From assembly GCA_951406725.2 (NCBI GenBank), contig OX597827.1, positions 81,716,001-81,780,000 of the forward strand: DNA of 64,000 bases, in the 5' to 3' direction. Origin of the DNA: Octopus vulgaris (taxonomy: Eukaryota). Positions 25,935 to 40,720 of the stretch are shown here, in pieces (within the stretch, counting starts at the first letter, position 1; each line of letters starts with the position of its first letter). The notes below the pieces were generated by a model. The model saw only the letters and a list, made by a program, of their open reading frames with translations, had not been told where the DNA came from and made no database searches. The position numbers were made by a program, and so were the translations under genes.

Positions 25935-27033
25935 GGTTGTCACAGTTCTAGGACAGCTCTCTTCACCCTATGAGATGACATCTGGTGTACCACAGGGATC
26001 TGTTCTTGGTCCCCTTTTATTTGTTGCATATGTTAATGACATAGATGCCAACTTAAAGAATGCCAGTGCTGAAATATGCAGATGACATCAAGCTGTACCT
26101 CGAAATAAAGAGGTCAGATCCTGTACACTATAGATCTCTATTGTAATCAGACCTGGACACAATGCAGCAGTGGATCATGGACTGGCAACTCAAGCTGGCT
26201 GTGGACAAATGTACCACCATGCATTTTGGGAGGAAAAACCCAACATCTACTTACTCCCTGTACGACACTAATCTCAAAAAGTCTTCTTGTGAACGTGACC
26301 TGGGCGTTATTGTCGACAGTGATTTGCGTTGGACAAAACACATCGCTAGAATTGCCAAGAAGGCTGAGAGTGTCTTGGCATCACTCACCAAATCCTTTGT
26401 GAGCCGCTCTCCGGCTATCTATCTGCAGCTTTATATAGCTATGGTGCGACCTAACTTGGAATTTGCATCACCGGTCTGGAACCCCTATCTTGCCCAGGAT
26501 ATTAATCGCCTGGAAGCTGTTCAGCGACGTGCAACCAAAAGAATACCCTCCATCAGGCATTTGCCATATTCTGAACGCCTTACTTCCCTGGGTATGGATA
26601 CACTGAAACTCCGATGTCTGGCAGCTGACTTGCCAGACACCCATAAAATTATTAACCATCTCACAAACAATAACTCTGAGCACCTTTTCAAACTCCACCT
26701 GTCTAACACCCATGGACATGTTTACAAAGTCAGAAAACAGCACAGCTCCCATGACGTTCGGAAACATTTTTTCATGCTAAGAGTTGCTGAAGCATGGAAC
26801 AAACTGCCGGCATCAGTTGTTAGTTGTTGGAGCACTGCATCCTTCAAAACTTCCATGCTTCCTGAGATTCGCCAACACTACACCTGATCTTCTCCCCTCC
26901 ATACACACACAAGCATGTATCTGACTCATACACTGTTCTTTTTCCAGACACTTGTACATTACTGCATATGCTTTATACGCACTTTTGACAAGTTGTGGTG
27001 CACCTGAGCACTATACAATAATTTCATTATTAT
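25935..27033 (+). mobile_element. 5'-truncated CR1-like LINE RT
   Basis: SGVPQGSVLGPLLF, YADD (frameshifted), ORF 26162-26887 with RDLGV, RPNLEFASPVWNP, EAVQRRATK, WNKLP; 3' UTR ending in an ATT-rich tail. Confidence 0.88.
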
Positions 27034-27049
27034 AATTTTAACAACAGAA

Positions 27050-27870
27050 TATGCTTCAACATACAAACTCACATAAAGAATTTGGCAACCCAAATCCCGA
27101 ATCAAAATAACTCTACATAAACCACTGCGAAAGACATGTAAAAATTATTATAAATTCACCAAAAAAAAAAAGCCCATCATAAAATTCTATAAAATCACTA
27201 GATATACACTAAATGAGAGATGCACAGAAACACTTTGTAAAACTTTACATAAAAACTGAAAACACTGCAAAATTGTCGCAATATATCTACGAAATCATTA
27301 CAAAATATACTGTACAAAAATTGTAGTAAATCAGGAAAGTACAAGAACATTGTAAAAATTACAAATTTGTCAAATTTGTACAAAAACACTTCGTACAGAA
27401 ACACTTTGTAAGACATTATATAATAACTATGAAAACACTGCGAAATTGCTACAAAAGTTGTACAAAAATTGTAAAAAAACAATGGAAAATATTTGTAGAA
27501 AAACGTAAAAATCTACAAAAACACTGTACAAAAGTTATGCTAAAATACTGTTCAAAACTACAAAGATAATGTAGAAAATTTGCACAAAAATGCTTTCCAA
27601 AATAGTGAATAAAAACTGCAGAAACATGGTAGAAAACAGTTGAAAATTCCTGTAAAGATTCATTAAAATCTCTACCAAAACAAAATAGAAAATTTAAGCA
27701 AATTGTACAAAATGGTGAGCACAATCATTCACAAAAGCCCTGTAGAAATCTGTGGACAAAAAGATACCAAAATACACAGATTCTCTGTGTATAAAAAACT
27801 CTACCAAAATTCCAATGCAAAACATCTCGAAAACATTGATAAAATGAACATTGCAAGAGAGATAAATGTA
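27050..27870. repeat. Degenerate A/C-rich low-complexity repeat
   Basis: Recurring AAAACACTG / AAATTGTACAAAA words; similar tract at 22870-23140. Confidence 0.55.
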
Positions 27871-28189
27871 GAAAAATGATCTTTTTACTTTCTTGTCGTA
27901 ACTCCTTGTTTAAGTGAATTTGTTTCATTAAAGTCTTTGTGTATGTATGCATTTGTGTGTGCATTTGTGTGTGCATTTGTGTGTGCATTTGTGTGTGTGT
28001 GTGCATCCACATATACTTATGCATGTCTTTGTATATATGTATGAACGTTTCTTTCTCTCTCTTCTCTCCCTGCCACGCCATTCAAGACTGAATGTAATGC
28101 AATTTTGCCCTAATATATTAAAAAAAAAAAAAAAAGAGGACAGTGTACAGAGAGAGGGGGTGGGGTGGGGGTTGGTGCAAGGAAAGGAT

Positions 28190-28414
28190 GGAACAGAAGT
28201 GGTGGTGGTGGTGGGGGGGGGATGTGAGGAGGGGGTTCTTAGGGGAAGATAATGTTGACTGTCTTTGGGAGTTCGTGGTGGGTCTTTGCTGGTAGTGGCA
28301 TGGGGGGGGGGGGTAGGGGAAGAGGAATTACAATAGGAAACAACAATGACAGCAATAACGATGTTGACAATGACAACACCACTGCCACCAGTGATGACAG
28401 CAACGACAATCAGC

Positions 28415-28446
<32 letters not shown>

Positions 28447-28622
28447 GGTAATAAGAATAATGAAGATGGTGGTGGTGGTGGTGGTGGTGGTGATGTTAGC
28501 TTGGATGAAGATAAAACTCATTGATTTTTAAAATTCATTTCATTGAATGTAAAACGAAGGGAAAAAATACTAAAATTAAGGATGAGGAAGTGGAGGAGGG
28601 GAGTGAGGGAAGGAGAGTGTGC

Positions 28623-28658
<36 letters not shown>

Positions 28659-30540
28659 TTGTCAGCGGAAGATGAAGGAATGGATGAGAGTAAGGGAGCA
28701 GTGGGACATAGGCAGTTGAATATTTACTGTAGTGATTAAATAAATGGAGAAACAGGAAGGGTGGTGTGGTGTGGGGAGCGGTGCCGCGGTGGTGGTGGTG
28801 GTGGTGGTAACATTGATGGTCATGAGAGTGGGGGTGATGGGGGTGTTGATTGCGATGGTGATGGTGGTGATAGTGGTGGTGGTGGTAATAGTGGTGTTGA
28901 TGATGGTGGTAGTGGTGATAGTGCTGGTAGCTGGGGGTGGGTGGGTGGGGTGATAATAGTGTTGGTGATGGTGGTAGTGGTAGTGTTGATGTTAGTGGTA
29001 ATGGTGGTGGTGGTGGTGATGGTGGGTGAAGGGCTCAGTGGTGGAGTGGGGCGGTGGTGTATAGGGAGAGAGTAGTGGTGTGGTATTTGATGTAGTATCG
29101 ACAGTAGTATAGTATGGTGGCAAGTGATGGAGCAGTGTTACAGTTGTAGTAAAGGGGTAGCCTCTAAGGATGTAGAGGGGGTGGCATTGTGGAGTGTCAG
29201 TGTGGTCTGAGGTGGGAGGCAGTGTTGTGTTGTGGTAGTAGTATAGAAGTGGTAGTGGAGTGTGGTGTTGCAGTGGTATCTGATGTAGTGTTGGGGGAGG
29301 GGAGATGTGAGGAAGAAATACAAGAAAGTGAAACAGGAAGGCAGTGAGTGGGTGGGGTGAATAATAACAACAACAACCACATTGGTGTTGTCACTACTTC
29401 TCACCCTTCCACCACTCCCTGTTTTAACTGTACCACCTCCCCCTCACCCACCACCCTCAACACACACATACCTTTTAAATCCCTTAATTTTGGAGATGGA
29501 ACTAAATACTTATTGAAGAGAAAAACGGAGAAATTCCCTTATTTCAGTTACTGCTGGCTTCACTCATTACTAGCATCTTCACCATCATCATCATCATTAT
29601 CATCATCATCATCATCTTCATCATCATCATCATCATCTTCATCATTATCAGCATCATTGCCATCATCACCACCACCTTCATCCTCATCACCACCACCATC
29701 ATCATCATCATCATCATCATCTTCATCATTATCAGCATCATTGCCATCATCACCACCACCTTCATCCTCATCACCACCACAACCACCACCATCATCGTCA
29801 TCATCATTAGTACAAAGTACACTGAGAGAACATGTTCTCTTGTATGAAGTAAATTAGAGGACACGTGCATACACATACGTATACACTCACACATAACTGC
29901 ACATATACATATATACATCTACACACACACACACACACATATATACAATGGGCTTCCACACAGTTTCCACTCACAAGGCCCAGAGCTATAGTAGAAAGCA
30001 CACACATGTAACGTGTGTGTGTGTGTGTGCTTACACACCTCTATCTTAATTATAATAATCATGATGATGATGATGATGGTAACGATGAAGATGCTAACAG
30101 TGATGGTGGTGGTGGTGGTGGTGGTGGTGGTGGTGGTGGTGGTGATGGCAATGGTAGTGATTGAGATGATAATGAAGGGAGCAGAGTAGGAAGTGGAGTG
30201 GGAAGGGGTGGATGGTGATGCTGATGGTGATATCTACTGGTAACTCATTCAGGGAAGAAGTCACAGAGAGAAAAAGGGAAAGAGGGGGAGAAAGAGATGG
30301 GGTGGAGGTGATTTATAGATAGAGAGGGAAAAAGTGAGAAAGGAGGGAAAGGATGAGCAGGAAGGGATGAGGCAAAAAGGGGAGAGAAAGGATTTCAGAC
30401 AAAACAGAAAACAATTAGAGGAATCTCATTTAAGGAGAAGAAAAGGGTAGCAGCTGGAGGAGTAGTAGCAATGGGAGGAGCAGCAGAGAGAGTGGTGAAG
30501 AGAGAAGTAGTAGTAGTGGTGGTGGTGGTGGTGGTTGGTT
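28190..30540. repeat. Cluster of (GGT)n, (GAT)n, (CAT)n and (GT)n low-complexity tracts
   Basis: Direct observation; includes an ~80 bp tandem duplication inside (CAT)n near 29620-29790. Confidence 0.85.
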
Positions 30541-30813
30541 TGAAATCCCTTGTTGTGGAGAGATTTTATAATGTGATAATCTAAAGAAAAAGCCATTTAA
30601 AAGGGAATGTCTTCATTATTGGAGAAAGAGAAGATCTCATGTTTTACTATGCAATCTCTACATGCACATATGCCCTCTCGGTCTATCTATTTTTCTACCT
30701 GACTCTCTATCCACCTACCTACCTCCTTTCATACCTACCTACCTATCTACCTACTTACCTATCTACCTACTTACCTATCTATCTCTCTCTCTCCTTCTCT
30801 CCCTCTCTCTCTC

Positions 30814-30860
<47 letters not shown>

Positions 30861-30959
30861 TTATAAAAAATACCACATATATATAATAAAAAATACCATA
30901 TATATAATAAAAAAGTCATATATATATATATATATATACCACATATATATATATACCAC

Positions 30960-31005
<46 letters not shown>

Positions 31006-31568
31006 CTGCCTATATACAGGTAAACGTACATATCTACAAATGTGTGTGTGTGTGTGTGTGAATGTGTGTATGTGTGGCCTGATGAGAATATGAGGTGAGT
31101 ACTGAGCCCATTAGATGAGCGTCTCATCAATCAACTGGTCTGTGTGGGAGGGAGGAGGAATGCACACACACAGACACACACACACATGCATACACACATG
31201 CATACACACATGCATGTGGGTCCAGCCAAATACACACACACACACATGCGCATATCTGCATACAAATAAGCATTACTTTGTGCATACAGATTAGTTAGAC
31301 TAGCATAAAAACTGTATACACACACACACACACACACACACATATAAGTATATAGAGGCATGTGTGCAAACACTGGCATCACTCTGAGCATACAGATGAG
31401 ATGGCCTGACCTAAGTACATTTACAACCTCACATATTTACATATCAACTGATACATCAACCACACTCACATATACACACTCACATGTGTACATATACATA
31501 CATGAACATATATATACATGTATATACATATGTATATATATACATATACTTGTATATACATATATATG

Positions 31569-31630
<62 letters not shown>

Positions 31631-31818
31631 TATATGTATATATATATATATTGTGTGTGTGTAGGGGGTGTATAGATGCACATGTACATACATCGGAAGC
31701 GCAGTGTGCATACAGATGAGATGGTCTAGCTAAAGTTGAGAGAATGAGAAATAAAGTGAGAGAGAAGAAAGGAGAGGTAGTGAGATGGAGTATACTTGAC
31801 TAAAGAACCCCTTTCACT

Positions 31819-31852
<34 letters not shown>

Positions 31853-31882
31853 GGCCACAGTCCTTGGACTGAAAGTCAAAGA

Positions 31883-31921
<39 letters not shown>

Positions 31922-32158
31922 GTATGTATACACACACACATATATATGAACATACATATGTATATGTGTACATGTATGTATATGTGTGTGTGCATATAAA
32001 AATATATAGATACTGACATACATATGAATATATATGTACACATTTTTTTTAAATATATACATATATATATGAATATATGTATATTTGTAATATATACTAT
32101 TATATATATATATATATATACACACATACATACATACACATATATATATATATATATA

Positions 32159-32206
<48 letters not shown>

Positions 32207-32355
32207 TAGATAGTCTATATATACATACATCATCATGATCATCATTATTTAACGTCTGTTTTATTTATATATATATATATATATATAGGCATATGTATAT
32301 ATATATAGGCATATATATAAATGTATACATATATATGTATATATGTATATATGCA

Positions 32356-32400
<45 letters not shown>

Positions 32401-32459
32401 ATATATGCATATATATGTGTGTGTGTGTGTGTGTGTAGTGCTATACTTCCAGTTTCCTA

Positions 32460-32639
32460 CATTCTGTTACTCAGAATTTCCAGGCAATATTCTTGGCTAT
32501 TCTTCAGAAGGTGCCAGTTTATATAACAGATATGTTCCTCTAAGACCAATATCTTTCACTACTTATTATTTTTCTATTGGATAGCACAATCTGAAGAATG
32601 TCCAAGAGTACAATGCAGAAAACTCTGAGTAAGAGAATG
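32460..32639. repeat. Decayed inverted repeat with hammerhead-like remnants
   Basis: CATTCTGTTACTCAGA...TTCTTCAGA / TCTGAAGAA...TCTGAGTAAGAGAATG. Confidence 0.55.
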
Positions 32640-32891
32640 ATAAACACAATGAAATATCTAATTAGATATTTACTCTAAGTAGGTATTGAGTTCTTTTATG
32701 CTTTATTTGTTGTATCTCTTTGTATGTAAAGTGACTTATATTATTATGTATATACACTATGTAAACATATCTTTCTATCTTGCTGTCTATCCACCCATCT
32801 TTCTGTCTGTTTATCTATCTAGCTAGCTTGGTTGATATATATATGTATACACACACACACATATCCATTTATATATTATAAATTTTATATA

Positions 32892-32938
<47 letters not shown>

Positions 32939-33101
32939 CATATACACACACACATATATATGTATATACATATATATACACACACACATATATGTATATA
33001 CATATATGTATATATATATTTACACACACACACATATATATATATATACACACACATATATATTTATATATATACACATACACACATATATATTTATATA
33101 C

Positions 33102-33140
<39 letters not shown>

Positions 33141-33155
33141 TATATATATTTATAC

Positions 33156-33200
<45 letters not shown>

Positions 33201-33652
33201 AACACATTCCTTCTTATACACCTTCACATATTCATATACACACATAGTCTCATGTTTACTTGCTGAAATGTATTACACACATTATGTAGTCATTGCACAA
33301 TCTGTTTAAATCTCTGATCCTAGCTTGGAGTTGTGTAATCGCATACACTTACACACTCACGCACACATACACACACACACACATACACACACACACACAC
33401 ACACACATCACCCATATAGATATATACATATATATATAGATATACATATAAATATATAGATTTATGTATCATGCAATTCTGTCCGCATGCTTGCACAAAC
33501 TTCAACATATAAACATACGCACATGTTATAGACACCGGCGTACATTTACACAAATGTACACCCAAATGTTATATATACAAAAACACACACACACACACAC
33601 ACTTATATATTGACTTATACATCTACATGTATACACACTCTTAGGGATTTGT

Positions 33653-33691
<39 letters not shown>

Positions 33692-33810
33692 TTTGTGTGT
33701 ACGTATCTCAGATGTGACTGTTGTACGGAATCTGCTGCACATTACATACTCTTTATTGTTACAATTGTCAGCGCCTTCCTCCCTTTCCGCTTGCTTCACG
33801 CCAAAAGCGC

Positions 33811-33844
33811 CGCCACCACCACCACCACCACCACCACCACCACC

Positions 33845-33912
<68 letters not shown>

Positions 33913-33930
33913 TACGGCTACTACTACTAC
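33811..33930. repeat. (CAC)n followed by (TAC)n microsatellite
   Basis: Direct observation. Confidence 0.95.
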
Positions 33931-35076
33931 CTGACTGGAATCATCCATCACCACTGTAACCCCAACATTAACACACCACGGTATACTGCAGCATTAACGT
34001 CCCTAACAAACTGTAAGGAGTCCAGTGATGTTTATAAAAACTACCACCTTTATTGCTACTAGCACCAATACCCCCCCACCACCACCACCACCACTAATAA
34101 TAATAATGGCCACAACAAGAGTAACACCACATGTTCAGATGTAACATTGCATGTATTAACATTACCACTGGGAACTACAACCTAAACACCAAATTGCCAT
34201 CTGGTGGGGGTCTTCTGTGTGGGCGTCCTTGGGTTGTTAGAAATAGCAGCCAAGTCTTCCTCAAATCACACCCAACTGACTTTTGAAAGCACAGACTGAG
34301 TTTGTATGGATGCAGGCTAGATATGGAGAGGCGAGATGGTCATGGATGGAACGTCTTTGGTTGTTTGTCTACTCTGAGGGTCGATCTTAGGATAAAGAGC
34401 CATCATTAGCAACTAGAGCACCACTACAACCACTACCACTACTATTACTACTACCCTCACAACACCAATGCCACCACTACAAAACTACAACATAAACACT
34501 TACACAACAACACTTGATACTAGCCACCACCACCACCACCACAACAACAGTAACAAATATCACAACAATAACAACAACACAAGAAGCAGTGCCAGAAATA
34601 GCAGCTAAGTATCCATCAAATGATTGTTTTTAAATATTGGAAGGACACTTTAAAGGATCTAGTAAGAAGTTATAGAAATAACAAGGAAAAGTGTCATGGT
34701 TGGATTGTCATAAATAATAAGGTCCACTGGATTGGGCTAAACAACAACAGCAGCAGCAGCAGCAGTAGCAGCAGTAGGGAAGCTGCATGGATAGCGAATA
34801 AGGGCGAGAGAAGGAGAAAGGGAAGGAGAGGGAGAGAGAAATCTGTAATTGAAGCTAAAAGCAGGATCTGGACTTTCCTTCTCTCACCTTTAACGGATTA
34901 TGGACCATCTGAGACAGGTAAGTGCGATGGATGGCATCAATGCCACAACGTCACACAGCCACCACCCCCCGTCACACCCACCCCTTCCACCTCTTCATCT
35001 CTTCCCAAACACACCGTGTCTCTACATAAACAAAACAACACTTTTCAATCACAACATTTCATTCCATTTCACCCAT

Positions 35077-35078
<2 letters not shown>

Positions 35079-35151
<73 letters not shown>

Positions 35152-35194
35152 TTCTCTTTCTCTCTTTCTCTTTCTCTCTCTCTCTCTCTTTCTT

Positions 35195-35245
<51 letters not shown>

Positions 35246-35285
35246 TTTTTCCCTCTCTTTCTCTCTCTTTTTCCCTCTCTCTCTC
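35079..35285. repeat. (CT)n microsatellite
   Basis: Direct observation. Confidence 0.95.
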
Positions 35286-36323
35286 ACTTGTACATTTCAT
35301 TCACAGCATCAAGGCCACCACATCGCATCACCTGATCACACCAACCCCTCACCACAACAACCCCCCTCACCAAACCACCCACTCACGACACACCCTAACA
35401 AACCATCCCTTCACTGTACCACCACCCCACTCCCCACCAAACCCACCACCACCGCTGCTGCCACCCCCAACTCCACCACTATTTTCTTCGTTGTTATTGT
35501 TGTTGTTAAACTGTTTTGTTGTTGGCTAAAGGAAAACAAAAACAAGGACCAGTGAAATTACCACTCCTCCCCTTCTCAATCTCTCTCTCTCTCTCACTCA
35601 CTCACTCCCTCCCTCTCTTTATATATGCATTATATTCATTTCTGCACATGTATATGTACATCTGTGTGTATACACATGTTTGAAAAGTTAGTGTGTTTAT
35701 ATGTAGAAAAACAACAAAATGATTAAAGGACTCAATACCTGTGCAGAAAGACATAATTTCTAATAATGATAATAATTTCGTTGACTGTAACTTCGAATTT
35801 TCTTTAAGTTTGCAGCATTAAGCATGTAGCATGTGTATGTGTGTGTAAGTGTGTGTATGTGTATATACACATACATACACACACACACACACATATATAT
35901 GTATATATATATGGAAGGTGGGTGTATGTGTGCAGATAATATATAGAAATTTAATTGTATATAAATGTAGATGTGTGTATATACACACACGTGTGTTTGC
36001 ATTTATCTATGTATGCTTGAAATATGTGAATATATATGAGTATATGTATGTGTGTATATATGTATGTACGTGTGTATGAATATGTATGCAGGAGGTGGAA
36101 GGGAACTAGCAGGGTCTACCTGTGATATTATAATTACTACGCAAACTGTAATATTTAAACATGAAAACCCTACAGGGTTTGAGAGAACATGGAGCTGCCC
36201 TTCATCCTATGCTCCCTTCTCAAGTGAAAGATTTAGATTAAAACCAGCTTTTATTTGCATTGATTTGCATATCTTAGACAGGCATTGCATGTCTTATAGT
36301 CTTACAGGAAACACCAGTCATAT

Positions 36324-36390
<67 letters not shown>

Positions 36391-36581
36391 CATGTATTTA
36401 TATTCTGTATATGTATATATATACATACATACATATGTATATCACCATCATCATTGTTTAACATCTGTCTTATATATATACATTTATATATGTGTGAGTG
36501 TGTGTGTATATATGTATACATATGTATATGTGGTGCCCAGGCATGAGTGCTGAAACAAATTAATTAGTTAAAGAATTAATG

Positions 36582-36641
<60 letters not shown>

Positions 36642-36854
36642 ATATATATACATATATATATATACATATACATATATGCATATACATATATATATATATA
36701 TATATATTTATATATGCTTAGATATACTAAAAAGTATATTGTGTATATATACATACATATATATATATATATGTGTATATGTATATATTCATATATGTAT
36801 AAATTTATATATGTGTATATGTATATATATATATATATGTCTATATTTATATAT

Positions 36855-36886
<32 letters not shown>

Positions 36887-37465
36887 GAACACACACATAT
36901 TTAATTGTATCTAAGCATATGTATATGAACATTTATATACATGAGAGAGAGTGGGGGCAATACACACACACACACAAACACCCATATGTACTCATGTGTA
37001 AAATTGTTTTCTGAACCTAAATGAAAATATAGTGATGTGTATACAATTCTATGCAATGGGGTGTGTATAGTGTTGTAAATGATTCTGTTATAGGGATAAA
37101 TACTTCCAAAATGGTGCTGCTCCTAGGGTACACAACTGCAAGGACATGCTCATGCCTATATGAACTACACACACACACATACACACACACACACACACAC
37201 ACTCTTATAGATATCATCATCTTCATCATCATTATCATAAAATCCAGATTGTTACAGGATAAATGGTTTAACCAGATCTGATGTGATGCAAGATGACATG
37301 GTGCTGTAATGCTGTTGGTACAGTTATGTACGGCTGGATGACCTTCCTAACACCAACAACTTTACAGAGTGGACTGGGGTTCTTTTCTTGGCACTGGCTG
37401 TTATGTGGTCACCAGGTAGCTCACAACACTAACTGGGGCACCACACACACTCTCTCGTAAACACA

Positions 37466-37656
<191 letters not shown>

Positions 37657-37842
37657 TATATTTATCAATAGATATATAACAGGCTTCTTTCAGTTTCCAT
37701 CCTCGAAATCCACTCAAAACTTTGGTCTGGCCAGAACTACAGAAGATACTTCCCCAAATTAACATTTAGTGGAACTGAACCCCAAACCATGTGATTGGGA
37801 AGCTTATATATATTTATATAGATATATGTATCTATATATGGA

Positions 37843-37901
<59 letters not shown>

Positions 37902-37904
37902 ATA

Positions 37905-37936
<32 letters not shown>

Positions 37937-37943
37937 CAGATAT

Positions 37944-37983
<40 letters not shown>

Positions 37984-38423
37984 TCATCATCATCGTTTAA
38001 CGTCCGTTCTCCATGATGATGATGATGATATATATATATATATCCATATCTGTATATATATATATATACAGATATGGATATATATATATATATACAGATA
38101 TGGATATATATCTATATATATATATATAGATATGGATATATATCTATATATATATATAGATACGGATCTATATCTATAGAGAGATATATCTCTCTCTATA
38201 TATATAGATATGGATATATATCTATATATATATGTAGATATGGATATAAAAATATATATATATATAAATATATATGGTTATATATATATCTATATATATA
38301 TCTATATAGATAGATCCTTGTTTTTTTTCATGTCCAGTTTTAATAAAAATAATTTAACATGAATCTGAGAGGTGGGTCACTCTATACTTTTGTAGAATAC
38401 AAATTCCATATGTGTGTGGTGTG

Positions 38424-38463
<40 letters not shown>

Positions 38464-38684
38464 GCAAGTTGTGACCCTGAAGCCAGTGTATGTCATATTA
38501 AGAATCAAAGTCTTTTCATTGAGGGGACATAAAGTACATAAGTACAAATTCCTGCTCTAATTAACACGGAAACATCAAAACTACTTTTGGCCTTTGCATT
38601 CTTAAACCATATCATATGTATTATATATATACAGGAAACACCACTGATGCAGACATACTTATATGTATATATATGTATGTGTAT

Positions 38685-38970
38685 ATAGATATTCAGATTA
38701 TAAATTCACATTTATACCAATAATAATTGGTGCACTTGGTTCTGTGAGTAAATGCCTAAGTGACGATTTGGATAAGCTAGGAAAAACAAATCAACCAACT
38801 GGCTCACAGGTTACATATGCAGTCTGTAAGTGGAACAGTAAAAATATGCAAGACTTTTCTCAAGTTTTAGAAGTGACTTTCTTTTTGTTATCTACATTCC
38901 AATGATGGAGTTTCATGTCTTTGTTAGAAAGCAGTTCCAGCTTTACAGGAAGATTTCAAATAATGAAAAA
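38685..38970 (+). mobile_element. 3' end of an R4/Dong-like LINE
   Basis: YKFTFIPIIIGALGSVSKCLSDDLDKLG then (frameshift) HMQSVSGTVKICKTFLKF*; begins directly after a TA-rich microsatellite. Confidence 0.7.
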
Positions 38971-39693
38971 TAGAACTGACCATACATATTTGCATGTGTG
39001 TGTGAGTGAGTATGTGTGTGTTTGTACATATATGGGTGGGTGTGGGTATGTTTATGTCGACATCATCATTATCATCATCATTGTTGTTTTAAATAAACTG
39101 TCCATGCTAACAGGGTTAGATGTTTTTGCTATTCTTCATGGTTTGAGACGACCACATCTTGCTCCCATTTCATGTTGGAATGGATCTGCAACTCAATGCC
39201 CTTCCAAATGCCAACCACCTTGCAGAGTGTGCTGGCTGCTTTTTCGTGCCACCAGCCATAAAGGGGCAACTTGTCCTTGACATGGCTAATAGGTCCCCAC
39301 AACCTTACACTCAATAGAGTGTACTGGGTACCTTTTATGTGACCCCAATTATGGAGGTAGTTAAAGGGACCTCACAATTGCACATTTCTGGTCACTCACG
39401 TGTCCCTTTGCAAAGTGAAGAGCAGGAGTGATGGTAGTAGGAGAAGTGTAGTGTTAAAATATGGAGTAGTCTGAGATAGAGGTGCATATATTCAAGTTAA
39501 TTACATCTCTTAATTACCTGTGTATATTTCATCAGTTAAAAACTCAGGTGACTCTCTGTTTTTAATTGAAAAAAAAATCTCTTGTCAGTGGATAGAACAT
39601 ATCTATATTTATACGTATGTAACTATGTATGTGTGTATATATATGTATATATGTAGAGGGTTGAAAAGGAACACAGGAGTTGATATGTATAAG

Positions 39694-39911
39694 GAAAATA
39701 AGACAAGGTAGAAAATGCTAAAATAATTTTATCATGAAGAACATTTTAGTGCTGGTTTCAGTCATTGTGACTTTTTCAACTTAGAGTAAAGTACGAAAAA
39801 CAATTTTTATTTGATTTTTCCACAATTTAATTGTTTTTCATACTTTACTCCAGCACTAAAATGTTCTTCATGATAAAATTATTTTAGCATTTTTTACCTT
39901 GTCTTATTTTC
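39694..39911. repeat. Fold-back element; left arm carries a U3-A8 hammerhead variant (39748-39781, minus)
   Basis: GAAAATAAGACAAGGT...ACCTTGTCTTATTTTC; minus strand AG-TTGAAAA-AGTCA-caa-TGACT-GAAA-CCAG-CA-CT. Confidence 0.75.
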
Positions 39912-39976
39912 TTCATATATATATAAACATGCATAAATTACATATTTAAAAATATTTATACATATATTCTTATGTA

Positions 39977-40049
<73 letters not shown>

Positions 40050-40479
40050 CTCTCTCTCTATATATATATATATACATATATAAACATGCGTAAATTACAT
40101 ATTTAAAAATATGTATATATATATATATATTATGTATATATGTATATTTATTTATCTATCTATCTATCTATCTATCTGTCTTTATATATATAAACATGCA
40201 TAAATTATATATATAAATGTGTATGTATATATATATTATGTATATATGTATATTTATTTATCTATCTATATATCTATCTATCTATCTATATATCTCTATA
40301 TATATATATATATATATATATACATACATACATACGCACACTCATTCATATACACATACATACATACATACATGCATACATACACATATATACATACACA
40401 TTTATTCATGCCCATCTACTTTTATGAGATTTTCAGTAAAAAATAAGGCCTGACTGGACAAGATGTCCTTCCTTTTCTT

Positions 40480-40720
40480 GCTTTGGTGTAGAGTAATAAT
40501 GGTGAATTCCTTCCTTTCTTTTCAAGTTCCTGGTGAGACCAAACACATTTAGCAGTATAGGAGGAATATTGCACCATTAGTGGAACACTGGTAAAGGCAG
40601 AGGCTGCAAATGCTGCATCAGCAGCAAAATGCATGTCAAGGCCAGATTATTCTTCATTTGGTAGATTTGCTGTGTCTCTTCTTTGATTAAACAATTCTTC
40701 ACTAAAGTGAAACAAATATA
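40480..40720 (-). mobile_element. Highly decayed RTE/BovB-like RT fragment
   Basis: DMHFAADAAFAAS resembles the LFADDAAL motif; VFGLT..LK downstream. Confidence 0.4.

Noticed and set aside
31079-31130. CTGATGAG followed by a short inverted repeat
   Set aside because: No GAAA or NUH in hammerhead register
34620-35555. 311-aa ORF
   Set aside because: Built from (CAG)n, (CT)n and C/A-rich tracts; no recognisable domain
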